A program made the translations under genes and the position numbers. A stretch of 64,000 nt of DNA from Gemmatimonadaceae bacterium (GTDB lineage: Bacteria > Gemmatimonadota > Gemmatimonadetes > Gemmatimonadales > Gemmatimonadaceae): the NCBI GenBank assembly GCA_051859245.1, contig JBHYGA010000004.1, positions 964,030 through 1,028,029 of the forward strand, written 5' to 3'. The notes under the pieces were generated by a model, which saw nothing but the letters and a program-made list of their open reading frames with translations, did not search any database and was not told the DNA's origin. Below, in pieces: positions 35,609 through 45,731 of the stretch. Numbering within the stretch: the stretch's first letter is position 1; the number at the start of each line of letters is the position of its first letter.

Positions 35609-38600
35609 ATGTTTATTTCTGATTACGCTATCAAGCGACCACTGCTCACCGTCGTCGCCATGCTCGCGCTGGTTGCGGCGGGTGGTGTGTCGTTGCTGTT
35701 GCTGCAAACGGACGAGTTCCCCGATGTGCAGCCGCCGGTCGTGCTCACCACCATCATCTATCCGGGCGCGTCGCCGGATCAGGTGGAGCGCGAAATTCTT
35801 GAGCCGATGGAAGAAGCCATTCAGGGCATCTCTGGTGTGGACCAGATCACCAGCGAAGCGCGTGATGGATTTGCGCAGGTTGTCACGAAGTTTGTCTTCG
35901 AGAAAGACCTGCAGGTTGCCACGCAAGACATTCGCGACGCGATCAGCGCGCGACGTCAGGACTTTCCGGCCGAAATGGAAGAGCCGTTGTTTCGGCGCTT
36001 CGATCCGGCCGACCGTCCCATCATTACGCTGGCGCTGACCTCCGACGTGCTTACACCAGCACAGCTCACGCTCCTGGCCGATCCTGGCATTACGCGTGAA
36101 CTACGCGCGGTGGCTGGTGTTGCTAACGTGGAAGTGTCGGGCGGCGTGGAACGCGAAATGACGGTGGAGCTGGATCCCATGCGTCTGCAGTCGGCCGGTG
36201 TGACGGTGCCGCAAGTTGTGGCGGCGCTGCAGTCGCAGAATCTGGCCGTACCGGTGGGACGCATTGGTGGCTCGCTCGACGAACGCACGATTCGTCTCAA
36301 GGGCCGTCTTGATGGTCCGGAAGACTTTGCACAAATGGTGGTGAGTCAGCGCGGTGGACAGCTCGTGCGACTCGCTGATGTAGCGATTGTGAAAGATGGC
36401 ACGGAAGAAGCGCGTACACTCGCGCTCTTCAACGGCCGTGACGCTGTCGGTATCGACATCACCAAAACCAAAGGCTACTCCACCACGGCCGTCTCCGAGC
36501 AGCTCATTGCCAAGGTCGACGAACTGATTCCCACGCTGCCCAAGGGTGTGGAGATCAAAGTGGTGAAGAACTCCGGTGTACGCGTAACGAATTCCGTCAC
36601 CAACGTGCAGCAGACGTTGGTGGAAGGTGCGATTCTCACCGTCCTCGTGGTCTTCGTGTTCCTGAACTCGTGGCGTTCCACCGTGATCACCGGCCTGGCG
36701 TTGCCGGTATCTGTACTGGCTAGCTTTGTGGCGGTGTGGGCGTTTGGCTTTACGCTCAACACCATGTCGTTGCTCGGTCTCTCGCTGGCGATCGGTATTC
36801 TGATTGACGACGCGATCGTGGTGCGAGAGAACATTGTGCGACATGTGGAGATGGGTAAAGACCACTACACTGCCGCGCGTGAAGGTACCGCGGAAATTGG
36901 ACTGGCGGTGACCGCGACCACATTCGCGATTGTGGCGGTGTTCATTCCGATTGCGTTCCTCTATGGTGAGGCCGGACAGTGGTTCAAACCACTGGCGCTT
37001 ACGATTGCGTGCTCCGTGCTCGTGTCGTTGTTCGTGTCGTTCTCGCTTGACCCCATGTTGTCGGCCTACTGGCCCGACCCGCATGTGCCGGAAGAAAAGA
37101 AGGCCTGGATCACGAAAAAGCTCGACAAGTTCAACATCTGGTTTAACGGCCTGGCCACGCGCTATCGCGGGGTGATTGCGTGGGCGCTTGATCATCCCAA
37201 ATCAATGGTTGGTCTGGCCGTGGTGACGTTTGTGGCAGCGCTTGCGATGCCGGCCACGGGCTTGGTAGGCGGCGGCTTCTTTCCAATCGATGATCGCAGT
37301 GAGCTGAACATGGCCGTGGAAACACCGCCAGGTGCGAACCTTGATTACATGCGTCTCAAGGTGAATGAAGCGCTGGCGATTGCGAAGTCGCAGCCCGAAG
37401 TGGAATACACATTCGCGTCCGTTGGCGGTGGTTCGGGTTCGGTAGACAAGGCGAATCTGTACTTCCGACTCACGCCCAAGAACACCCGTGATCGCAGTGC
37501 CGAAGATGTGGGCGCCGCGATGCGTGAAGAAGTGAAGCGTATTGCCGGCGCCGATGTGTCGGTGTACACCAACGATTTTGCGGGTTCTGAAAAGCAGATC
37601 CAGTTGCAGTTGCGCGGACAGGATATCGCGCAGTTGCAGCCGGTGGCCGAACAGTACCTCGCGGCAATCCGCACGGTGCCGGGCGCAGTAGACATCGGCC
37701 TGTCCACACGCGGACAGAAGCCCGAGCTGGATGTAAGCGTGGACCGCGGGCTCGCGGGATCACTCGGGCTCACGGTTGGTGCCGTGGCGCAGTCGTTGCG
37801 CCCGGCATTCGCGGGCATCGAAGTGGGAACGTGGGTTGACCCGTCGGGTGAAACGCGTGATGTGCGTGTGCGCTTTAGTGAAGCGGCGCGTGCGCGTGCG
37901 GCTGACCTCGAGCAGATCCCGATCTCGGTTGGTGCCGCGGGTGCGGCGCAGCAGATCGTGCCGCTCGGCCAGGTCGCACGCATTTCGCCCGCGCTCGGTC
38001 CGGCCGTGATCAATCATCTGGACCGCGACGCGGTCATCACGGTACAGGCCAACACGGCTGGTCGTTCACTTTCCGAAGTTTTGGCCGATATCAATAAGGC
38101 AACCGCCGGAATCCCGTTACCGCCCGGTGTGCGGTACAGCGAAGGCGGTCAGGTCGAGCAGCAAACGGAAGTGTTTACCAAGATCTTTGTTGCGCTCGGC
38201 GTGGCCGTTGGTCTGATGTATCTGATTCTCGTGGTGCAGTTCGGATCGTTCCTGGATCCGTTGGCGATTCTGGTGTCGTTGCCGCTGTCGCTCATTGGTG
38301 TGATGGGAGCACTCGCGATCACGGGTGCCACGATCAACATCATGAGCATGATCGGTGTGATCTTGCTGGCTGGCATTGTGGCCAAAAACGCCATTCTGCT
38401 GATCGACTTTGCGAAAACGGCGCGTGAGCAGCAGGGCATGCCGTTGCGCGAGGCGCTTATTGAAGCGGGCGCGATTCGGTTGCGCCCCATTCTCATGACC
38501 ACCTTTGCACTCGTGGCCGGCATGGTGCCGATCGCGCTGGGAACGGGCGAAGGTGCGCAGTTCCGGTCGCCGCTTGGTATCGCGGTCATCGGTGGTGTCA

Positions 38601-38764
38601 TCACGTCGACCGTGTTGACGCTCGTTGTGGTGCCTACGGTGTACGAGTTGCTCGACAGCATGCGTTCGCGTGTGCTGCGCACGGTGGGGCTCAAGCCACC
38701 GCAAACCGGGCAGTTCCGCACGTATGGTAGCGGTGGTGCACCGTTGCCGAGCATTGGTGACTGA
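35609..38764 (+). CDS. RND efflux permease (AcrB/HAE1-like)
   Basis: 1051 aa. AIKRP, GILIDDAIVVRENI, KNAILLID, RLRPILMT. Confidence 0.96.
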   Translation: MFISDYAIKRPLLTVVAMLALVAAGGVSLLLLQTDEFPDVQPPVVLTTIIYPGASPDQVEREILEPMEEAIQGISGVDQITSEARDGFAQVVTKFVFEKDLQVATQDIRDAISARRQDFPAEMEEPLFRRFDPADRPIITLALTSDVLTPAQLTLLADPGITRELRAVAGVANVEVSGGVEREMTVELDPMRLQSAGVTVPQVVAALQSQNLAVPVGRIGGSLDERTIRLKGRLDGPEDFAQMVVSQRGGQLVRLADVAIVKDGTEEARTLALFNGRDAVGIDITKTKGYSTTAVSEQLIAKVDELIPTLPKGVEIKVVKNSGVRVTNSVTNVQQTLVEGAILTVLVVFVFLNSWRSTVITGLALPVSVLASFVAVWAFGFTLNTMSLLGLSLAIGILIDDAIVVRENIVRHVEMGKDHYTAAREGTAEIGLAVTATTFAIVAVFIPIAFLYGEAGQWFKPLALTIACSVLVSLFVSFSLDPMLSAYWPDPHVPEEKKAWITKKLDKFNIWFNGLATRYRGVIAWALDHPKSMVGLAVVTFVAALAMPATGLVGGGFFPIDDRSELNMAVETPPGANLDYMRLKVNEALAIAKSQPEVEYTFASVGGGSGSVDKANLYFRLTPKNTRDRSAEDVGAAMREEVKRIAGADVSVYTNDFAGSEKQIQLQLRGQDIAQLQPVAEQYLAAIRTVPGAVDIGLSTRGQKPELDVSVDRGLAGSLGLTVGAVAQSLRPAFAGIEVGTWVDPSGETRDVRVRFSEAARARAADLEQIPISVGAAGAAQQIVPLGQVARISPALGPAVINHLDRDAVITVQANTAGRSLSEVLADINKATAGIPLPPGVRYSEGGQVEQQTEVFTKIFVALGVAVGLMYLILVVQFGSFLDPLAILVSLPLSLIGVMGALAITGATINIMSMIGVILLAGIVAKNAILLIDFAKTAREQQGMPLREALIEAGAIRLRPILMTTFALVAGMVPIALGTGEGAQFRSPLGIAVIGGVITSTVLTLVVVPTVYELLDSMRSRVLRTVGLKPPQTGQFRTYGSGGAPLPSIGD

Positions 38765-38850
38765 CCGCGAGGCATGCAGTCGCGGTCTGGACCAACAGGT
38801 TAGCATTCGGGGGCGTGTATCCGGACTCGGTGTCACGCCCCCGATCGTAT
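38763..38850 (+). terminator. Tandem hairpins after the RND operon (putative terminator)
   Basis: GACCGCGA/TCGCGGTC (38763-38787) and TCGGGGGCGTG/CACGCCCCCGA (38807-38844). U-tract is weak. Confidence 0.5.
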
Positions 38851-38878
38851 CTCACATGTCACTGACAATTCGCTGGTT

Positions 38879-39565
38879 TTGATGTTTTCGCGCCTGTTGC
38901 TGGTGTCTGCTGCGAGTGTTGCCATGGCAACGATTGTCCCGACTGCCGATGGCATGCTCGAGGCGATCGCCGCTGTGGAAGACCGTTTCAGCACGTACGC
39001 CGCACTCGGCGCATCGGCGATCGCGGTCTCCGAGCTCGCCCCGATTTTTGGCGGCATCGCGGCGCAGGAAGGACAGCTGCGCGTGAGCAACGTGATCGTC
39101 GCGATCACGCTTGGTGGCTGGATTGCCACTACGCTGCTCTATCTGCTCGGCCGGCTCAAGTGGGAGTGGCTCCGACGCAAGTGGCCCACAGCGCGCAGCG
39201 CCGGCACCGTTGCGCTACGCGTTGTGCGCCGCAACCCGGCGCGCGCGTCATTCATTGTGCGCTTCCTCTTCGGTGGCCGCATTCTGCTCCCCATCGCGTG
39301 CGGCGCGGCGCGTGTGCCGCTGCCTGTCTATCTGCCGATGTCGTTGCTCGGGTCACTCGCGTGGACGCTGGTGTTTGTGCTCGTGGGCATCGCTGCGGGC
39401 GAAGCCGCTGAACAGGTGCTCGGTCGGCTCAAGAACGCCGAGACCGTCGTAATGGCCGTCGGCGCATCACTCATTGTCTTCGCCGGCGTCTGGTGGTGGC
39501 GTCGACGTGAGCGGCGGATCGCGCGACGCGCCGCAGCGTCGCTCGCAAAGCGCGCGCAGCCGTAG
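38879..39565 (+). CDS. DedA family membrane protein
   Basis: LLYLLGR, FIVRFLFGGRILLPIACGAARV and SLAWT are typical of DedA. Start uncertain. Confidence 0.82.
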   Translation: MMFSRLLLVSAASVAMATIVPTADGMLEAIAAVEDRFSTYAALGASAIAVSELAPIFGGIAAQEGQLRVSNVIVAITLGGWIATTLLYLLGRLKWEWLRRKWPTARSAGTVALRVVRRNPARASFIVRFLFGGRILLPIACGAARVPLPVYLPMSLLGSLAWTLVFVLVGIAAGEAAEQVLGRLKNAETVVMAVGASLIVFAGVWWWRRRERRIARRAAASLAKRAQP

Positions 39566-39580
39566 GGGCTCTGTGCGTAC

Positions 39581-39771
39581 GTGCTCCTAATGCTGGGGGA
39601 ACTGCGGCGGGAAGGACACGAAAGCACGAAAGACACGAAAACAGCAAAAGTTTGAGGAGATTCAGCCGCAGCGATTTTGCTGTTTCCCCAAAATCCATTG
39701 CAGTTGCTCTTCTTCGTGTCCTTCGTGCTTTCGTGTCCTTCCCGCCGCAGTTCCCCCAGCATTAGGAGCAC
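39581..39771. repeat. Full-length palindromic element family A (59-bp arms)
   Basis: Arms 39581-39639 and 39713-39771 are reverse complements with one mismatch. The spacer is homologous, in reverse orientation, to that of the 52106 copy. Confidence 0.92.
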
Positions 39772-39787
39772 CTGCGCGACACGCTCC

Positions 39788-41242
39788 TTACCCCGCCATC
39801 ACCACCCGCGCCGCTTCACGCAGCGCCAGCCACGTGGCCTCGATGTGCTCCCGCTGCGTACGCACGCTGCCGATCGCGAGACGGATCACATAGCGGTCCT
39901 CGAGTTTGGTATGCGAGAGAAGCGCCACGCCACTCGCGTTCACATGTTCGAGGATGGCCGCGTTGATCGTGTTGCGCTCGACCTCAGTGGTGTTGGGCGG
40001 CACGTAGCGAAAGCAGACGAGCGAGAGTGGCACGGGTGCGCACAATTCCCAGTTGCCTTCGTAGTGCACCATGCCCGCAAACTCTCGAGCCAGTTCGCAG
40101 TGATGACGCAAGCGTTCTTCAATGCCGTCCGCACCAAAGGCACGCATCACCATCCAGAGTTTGAGCGAGCGAAAGCGCCGGCCCAGTTGCACGCCGTAGT
40201 CCATCAGGTTCACAACAGCGCCGTCACCCGGTGACCGCAGGTATTCGGCAACGAGCGAGAACGCACTGCGCAGCGCATCCGGGCGGCGTGTGTACATTAC
40301 CGAGCAGTCCACTGGTGTGAACAACCATTTGTGAGGGTTCACCACCAGTGAGTCGGCCGCGTCGACGCCTTCGAGCAACCAACGCATTTCGGGAACGATT
40401 GCCGCCGGGCCACCGTACGCGCCGTCTACGTGTACCCAGCAGTTGAACTCGCGCGCGATCGGCACGATTTCGCGCACACTGTCAATGCTTGATGTGCTCG
40501 TGGTGCCAACGGTTGCCACCACGGCCATCGGAGTAAATCCGGCGGTCGCGTCGGCTTCGAGTGCATCACGCAGTGCGTCAGTGCGCATACGGTACGCGCT
40601 GTCCACCGGAATCTTGATCACGTTCTCGTGACCAAGGCCCAGTGTGATGACGGCCTTTTCAACACTCGAGTGCGCATGTTCTGATGTGTACACACGCAGC
40701 GCGCGGAGATCGCGTCGTCCGGCCAGGCCGAGCGTGCGAATATCAAGCCCCAGCGCTTCACGTGCCGCAGCCAGCGCATAGAGTGTTGAGATCGACGCCG
40801 TGTCGGTGATCTGTCCAAACCAGCCGTCTCCGAGTCCCATGAGCTGGCGCAACCAGTCCACCGTGCGCAGCTCAAGTTCGGTGGCCGCGGGACTCGTGAG
40901 CCACAACATGTTGTTCACGTTGAGCCCTGCCGCGAACAACTCGCCAAGAATTCCCGGATACGATCCAGAAATCGAGAAGTAGCCAAAGAATGTTGGCGAG
41001 TTCCAGTGCGTGATGCCCGGCATGATCACGTTGTGAAAATCACGAACAATCGCATCGAGCGATTCCGCGTGCGCCGGTGCTGACTCGGGCAACTGCGCAG
41101 CGACGTCGCCCGGTGCGACTTGCGCGCGCACCGGATGACGTTCGGGATGTTCGAGATAATCAGCGATCCAGTCTACGGCTTCGTGCGCGGCCTTTCGGAA
41201 CTCTTCGGGCGACAGATCACCCAGTCGTGCTGCAGTGGTCAT
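39788..41242 (-). CDS. PLP-dependent group II decarboxylase (aromatic L-amino acid decarboxylase-like)
   Basis: PGITHWNSPTFFGYF, SPAATELE, HVDGAYGG, NPHKW (PLP Lys), LGRRFRSLKLW. Confidence 0.92.
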   Translation of the reverse strand: MTTAARLGDLSPEEFRKAAHEAVDWIADYLEHPERHPVRAQVAPGDVAAQLPESAPAHAESLDAIVRDFHNVIMPGITHWNSPTFFGYFSISGSYPGILGELFAAGLNVNNMLWLTSPAATELELRTVDWLRQLMGLGDGWFGQITDTASISTLYALAAAREALGLDIRTLGLAGRRDLRALRVYTSEHAHSSVEKAVITLGLGHENVIKIPVDSAYRMRTDALRDALEADATAGFTPMAVVATVGTTSTSSIDSVREIVPIAREFNCWVHVDGAYGGPAAIVPEMRWLLEGVDAADSLVVNPHKWLFTPVDCSVMYTRRPDALRSAFSLVAEYLRSPGDGAVVNLMDYGVQLGRRFRSLKLWMVMRAFGADGIEERLRHHCELAREFAGMVHYEGNWELCAPVPLSLVCFRYVPPNTTEVERNTINAAILEHVNASGVALLSHTKLEDRYVIRLAIGSVRTQREHIEATWLALREAARVVMAG

Positions 41243-42945
41243 CGCGAACCGGTGCCGCCGCTTTCATTGTTTCCGCTGCCCGTGGTGGCACGCACAGTGG
41301 GATACGTAATGCCGAGCTGTTCGAGATACGTGCCAAAGCGCGTGGGGTCGTAGTACAACTTGCGCAGCTCCGGACGGAAACGGTTCATCACTTCGGCGTT
41401 CAGCGTGTTCGCCGGCATGTCACCAGCGCGAATGAACGGCTGATACTTCACGTCTTTCGTCTGCACGTCTTTGAAGTACGTCCACGCATCGGCGACCAGT
41501 GATGGCGCGAGCAACAGATCGAGCATGGTCAGCGCCTGCACCTTCGCACCGGCAACGGCGCCCTTGTGTGCAATCGGTGTGGCCATGGCAATCGAGTTGG
41601 CCCAGTTGTGTCCCGGCAGGCCCGGAATGTTCGACGGATACCGCAGTGTGATCGTGGGGATATTCCACGACACGTCACCGATATCGTCGCTGCCACCACC
41701 GGTAAAGTTCTGCACCGTTTCCGACCCGCGCAGCGTACCCGCCTGCGACGAAAGGCCAAACTCCGGCTGACCCAGCTCCTTCTGAATTCCTTTCGCGAGC
41801 GCCTGATCTTTGTCATCCCACGTGGGCATGCCAACGCGCTTGATGTTCTCAAACGTGGCTTCCGCAATTGGCTTGCTGAAGTGCGCCGACCAGCCCGACC
41901 CGAGCACGCGCACCGTATCCAGTTCGGTGTCCGTCATCATCGCTGCGCCCTTGGCAATGCGCTGTCCGATCTCAAACAGCTCCATGGTGCGCGGATAATC
42001 CTGCTCGCGGAAGTAGAACCAGATGCTGGCTGTGCTTGGCACCACATTCGGCTGATCGCCACCGTCACGCACCACGTAATGCGAGCGCGTGGCCAGTCGC
42101 AGATGTTCACGACGATATTCCCAGCCGCTCGCCATCAACATCACCGCGTCAAGCGCACTCTTGCCGCGCCACGGGGCGCCCGCGGCGTGCGCGCTGGTGC
42201 CACGAAACTTGAACTCCGCCGAAATCAGCGCCGCCTGTCCACTCGCGCCCCACGCTACGCCGAGATCATTCGAAACGTGTGTGAAGAGTGCGACGTCGGC
42301 GTCTTTGAACACCCCTTCACGCACAAGGAACGCCTTGCCGGCCATCAGTTCTTCGGCCACACCAGGCCACAGCACCAACGTGCCCTGCAGCTTCTCGCGC
42401 TCCATCAGTTTCTTCACCGCAATCGCTGCGGCCACATTCACAGCTTGACCGGAGTTGTGGCCTTCGCCGTGCCCCGGTCCGCCTTCAATGAGCGGATCAC
42501 GATAGGCCACGCCGGGTTTCTGCGATGCCTGCGGAATTCCGTCAACGTCCGATCCGAGTGTGATGACGGGTTTGCCGCTGCCCCATCGTGCCACCCACGC
42601 GGTCGGCATGCCGGCCACACCGCGCTCGATCTTGAAGCCTTCCTTTTCGAGCATGCCCGTGAGGTAACGCGCCGTTTCGACTTCTTCGAAGCCGAGTTCG
42701 CTAAAGGAGAAGAGCATGTCGACGATTTCCTGCACGCGCTTGGCGTCTTTGTCGACCATGGTGACCGCCTCGGCCTTGAGCTTCTCCAGACGGGGATCGG
42801 CGGGGCGGGGCGGAACATTCACCGCCGGTGCAGCCTGTGCGGGGGCACCGCGCTGGGCGATGGTTACCGCAGGAGACAGCGAGGCGCACAGCGCGCCGGC
42901 CAGCAGCCAGCGGGGTGTGCGAATGAACGCGGGAGATGCAGTCAT
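41239..42945 (-). CDS. Exported M20 family amidohydrolase (AbgB-like)
   Basis: GHGEGHN, AEE, SAHAAGAPWRGKSALDA, GGSDDIGDVSW. Signal peptide if started at ATG 42945. Confidence 0.88.
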   Translation of the reverse strand: MTASPAFIRTPRWLLAGALCASLSPAVTIAQRGAPAQAAPAVNVPPRPADPRLEKLKAEAVTMVDKDAKRVQEIVDMLFSFSELGFEEVETARYLTGMLEKEGFKIERGVAGMPTAWVARWGSGKPVITLGSDVDGIPQASQKPGVAYRDPLIEGGPGHGEGHNSGQAVNVAAAIAVKKLMEREKLQGTLVLWPGVAEELMAGKAFLVREGVFKDADVALFTHVSNDLGVAWGASGQAALISAEFKFRGTSAHAAGAPWRGKSALDAVMLMASGWEYRREHLRLATRSHYVVRDGGDQPNVVPSTASIWFYFREQDYPRTMELFEIGQRIAKGAAMMTDTELDTVRVLGSGWSAHFSKPIAEATFENIKRVGMPTWDDKDQALAKGIQKELGQPEFGLSSQAGTLRGSETVQNFTGGGSDDIGDVSWNIPTITLRYPSNIPGLPGHNWANSIAMATPIAHKGAVAGAKVQALTMLDLLLAPSLVADAWTYFKDVQTKDVKYQPFIRAGDMPANTLNAEVMNRFRPELRKLYYDPTRFGTYLEQLGITYPTVRATTGSGNNESGGTGSR

Positions 42946-43152
42946 GGTCAGAAAGGCGGGCGTGGAGGGGGAGCCAAGGCGCGGCGTCGCGAAGCCAGGA
43001 GCCACTCCCGAAGCTACGAAATGCACCGCGACAATGCTGGCGGATTGCCGGCAAGACTACGTTCCGGAGTCAAGAAACCCTCCGGATCACCATGCGTACG
43101 GCTGGGTATGTGGTTTTGATCACCGTTCTTTCCCCGACGCACCCGCCGTTCG

Positions 43153-45720
43153 ATGCGACAGCTCGCTGCTCCGTTTGGCCTCTGCTTGAGCCTCTGTGTG
43201 ATCGCCGCTCCACTGAGCGCGCAGACGCGTCCCCGTCCTCCCCGCGACACGTTGTCAGACAGCGCGCGCGCCGTGCTGCGCGATATCAACCGCGAGGCGG
43301 GCCGTCTGGGTCGCGCGGCGTACGATAGCGCACGGAAGCCAGTGAACATGTCCGACGAGGTGCGCGCCAGCGCCTTCGCCGACCCGGAGGCCAAGGTCAT
43401 TCTCGAGCGTGCGCGTGTCGCCCGTCTGAGCCAGGACTCGGCGCTGCGCTCGTACCGCGCCGTGACTACGCAGCGCATGTCGCTCGGTCTTGGCGTGCGA
43501 CGCGTCGGGCTTGAGAAGACGCTCTTTCGCGGGGACAACGTAGCGCGCGTTGACTGGTCCAGAGACGGTGGTGTGTGGGTCACGCCGCTCGGCTCGCGCG
43601 CCACGGTACCCATGGCGGGCGCGAACGGGACCGGTGAAATGGTTGACGCGGTGTCGATTCCGTATTTCCCGGGACGTGAATCGCTGTGGATGCCGAGCAG
43701 CAACTTTGGTGTCGTGCGCGCGGACGTTGATGATCGCGAGATCATTCATCCGATCGCGAATGGCGCCGAGGCGTACTACCGCTACGAAACCGGTGATTCG
43801 ATTACGATCACGCTCGACCGCGATCGCAGTATTCGGTTGCGCGAGTTGCGCATTACGGCCAGGCGGCCCGAGTGGCGTGTGTTTGTGGGCACGTTCTGGT
43901 TCGATCAGGAAAGCGGGCAGCTTGTCCGCGCGGCGTATCGATTGGCTGTGCCGATTGAGTTCTGGGATCTCGCCACCGAAGAAGTTGGCTATGAAGAAGA
44001 GCGCAACGCGGTGGTGGCGCGCACGCGAGACTCCATGGCGCGCGAACGGTTGTCACGGGCCGAATATGTGATTGACTCCACGCGTCGGGCCACGCGATCG
44101 AACAATAACGACGATGAGCCGCCCGGTTGGGTGAAGGCCGCATTTCGTCCGGCGCGCGGAACGCTCGATTACATCACGATTGAATACGGATTGTACGGTG
44201 GACGCTTCTGGATGCCACGCGCGAATAGTGCGGAGTTTCACGCGCAGATCGGACCAATGCGTACGCCGTTCAAGCTTGACGAAAAGTTTACGTACGACGA
44301 AGTGAACGGTGATTTCAAAACGCCGCCGATTCCGAAAGCGCTCACGTCGGTTGAACGTCTTGCAATGAACGACAGCATTCGCGAAGCGGGCGGGGACACG
44401 TCGGGTATCGTCACCGAACGTGACGGCGATATCTCCGTTACAGTTAGTGTAGGAAGTGGCAGCGATAGTGTGCGCCAGGCGCGCCGAGACTCAGCATATC
44501 GCGCCAGGAACTGCAAAGAGGGCGATAGCACCTACGTCCGCACCGAGTCGCGTTACAACAACGCGCTGCGCATTGCCTACAACATGCCGTGCGATCGGCA
44601 GAAGCTGCGTAACAGCGCGTTGTTGCCACCAGCCAATATCTCCGACGACGATCTGTTTGATCTCACCACGCGCGATCAGTTGCTCGACGCCCTCGGTCTG
44701 GGTCTGCAACCGGCGTGGGGACCGATGCGCCCCACGTTGCGCAGCGGACTTGATCAGCTGCGCTACAATCGTGTGGAGGGACTCAGTGTTGGTGTGATTG
44801 GTGAGCAAGTGCTCGGTGCCGGATACACCGCGCGCGCCACCGCACGACTCGGGCACGCCGATCTCGAAGTCAACGGTGAACTCGGCATTGAGCGCAGCAA
44901 CGGACGCCGCACGGCGTTTGCCAATGTGTATCGACGCCTGCGCGCCACGGCGCCCGAGTGGGGCAATCCACTCTCGTTTGGTCCATCACTGCCAGCGATT
45001 CTCTTTGCGCGCGACGAAGGTTTTTACTTCCGCACCGTTGGCGCAGAAGTGGGCGATCGTCGCACGGTGAAGAAAGGCGCGTTCGAATGGCGCTTGTTTA
45101 CCGAACAGCAGCGAACTGCGGGCGACAGTTCCGTGGTCGACACCTGGTCGATCGGACGACAGCTCGGGATTGGTCAGTTCCGTACCAACTTTGACGCGTC
45201 CAAACTCTCGGTCACCGGTCTTGAGGCGTCGTGGGGTCGGGTGTTTGGCAACGATCCGCTCGGTTTACGTGTGGTGTCCTCGCTGCGTGCCGAGGGCGGC
45301 ACTGGTACGGTCACGTACGGCCGCTCGTCGTTCGAACTGGTTGCCTCGCGTCCGGTGCGCAACGTGGCCGTGGCTCTGACCACCAGCGCCGGCACCAGTG
45401 TTGGTGATTTGCCGCCGCAACGTGGCTGGTTCCTTGGCGGGCTTCGCACGGTGCGCGGCAGTGCACCGGGCTCATTATTTGGCAACTCGTACTGGTTCGC
45501 GCGTGGTGAAGTCGGCACAAAGTTTGGCGCCGTACGGCCCGTGTTGTTCTATGACGGCGGCTGGGCGGGTTCACGCGACGCGTTCGGCAAAGGCACCATG
45601 CTGCGCGGCGCTGGTGGCGGACTTTCGTTCCTCGACGGCATATTCCGCCTTGATGTAGCGCGAAATCTCGCGCGGAGAGGTGGCTGGCGCACCGATCTGT
45701 ACTTTGAGGCCCCGATTTAG
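43153..45720 (+). CDS. Uncharacterised outer-membrane protein with C-terminal beta-barrel-like region
   Basis: Signal peptide, RYNRVEGLSVG motif, alternating beta-strand pattern, LGGLRTVRG, ends DLYFEAPI. Confidence 0.65.
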   Translation: MRQLAAPFGLCLSLCVIAAPLSAQTRPRPPRDTLSDSARAVLRDINREAGRLGRAAYDSARKPVNMSDEVRASAFADPEAKVILERARVARLSQDSALRSYRAVTTQRMSLGLGVRRVGLEKTLFRGDNVARVDWSRDGGVWVTPLGSRATVPMAGANGTGEMVDAVSIPYFPGRESLWMPSSNFGVVRADVDDREIIHPIANGAEAYYRYETGDSITITLDRDRSIRLRELRITARRPEWRVFVGTFWFDQESGQLVRAAYRLAVPIEFWDLATEEVGYEEERNAVVARTRDSMARERLSRAEYVIDSTRRATRSNNNDDEPPGWVKAAFRPARGTLDYITIEYGLYGGRFWMPRANSAEFHAQIGPMRTPFKLDEKFTYDEVNGDFKTPPIPKALTSVERLAMNDSIREAGGDTSGIVTERDGDISVTVSVGSGSDSVRQARRDSAYRARNCKEGDSTYVRTESRYNNALRIAYNMPCDRQKLRNSALLPPANISDDDLFDLTTRDQLLDALGLGLQPAWGPMRPTLRSGLDQLRYNRVEGLSVGVIGEQVLGAGYTARATARLGHADLEVNGELGIERSNGRRTAFANVYRRLRATAPEWGNPLSFGPSLPAILFARDEGFYFRTVGAEVGDRRTVKKGAFEWRLFTEQQRTAGDSSVVDTWSIGRQLGIGQFRTNFDASKLSVTGLEASWGRVFGNDPLGLRVVSSLRAEGGTGTVTYGRSSFELVASRPVRNVAVALTTSAGTSVGDLPPQRGWFLGGLRTVRGSAPGSLFGNSYWFARGEVGTKFGAVRPVLFYDGGWAGSRDAFGKGTMLRGAGGGLSFLDGIFRLDVARNLARRGGWRTDLYFEAPI

Positions 45721-45731
45721 CAGGACTCTAT

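Noticed and set aside
39328..39771. ORFs sharing 'LMLGELRREGHESTKDTKKSN' (also 51850-52389)
   Set aside because: Translations of the palindromic repeat, not a protein family.
39581..39771. CRISPR array interpretation of the repeats
   Set aside because: Copies are dispersed long inverted repeats, not regularly spaced direct repeats with unique spacers. No cas genes.
41566..43119. 517-aa plus-strand ORF
   Set aside because: Antisense shadow of the M20 amidohydrolase. No motifs, and long shadows are expected in high-GC DNA.
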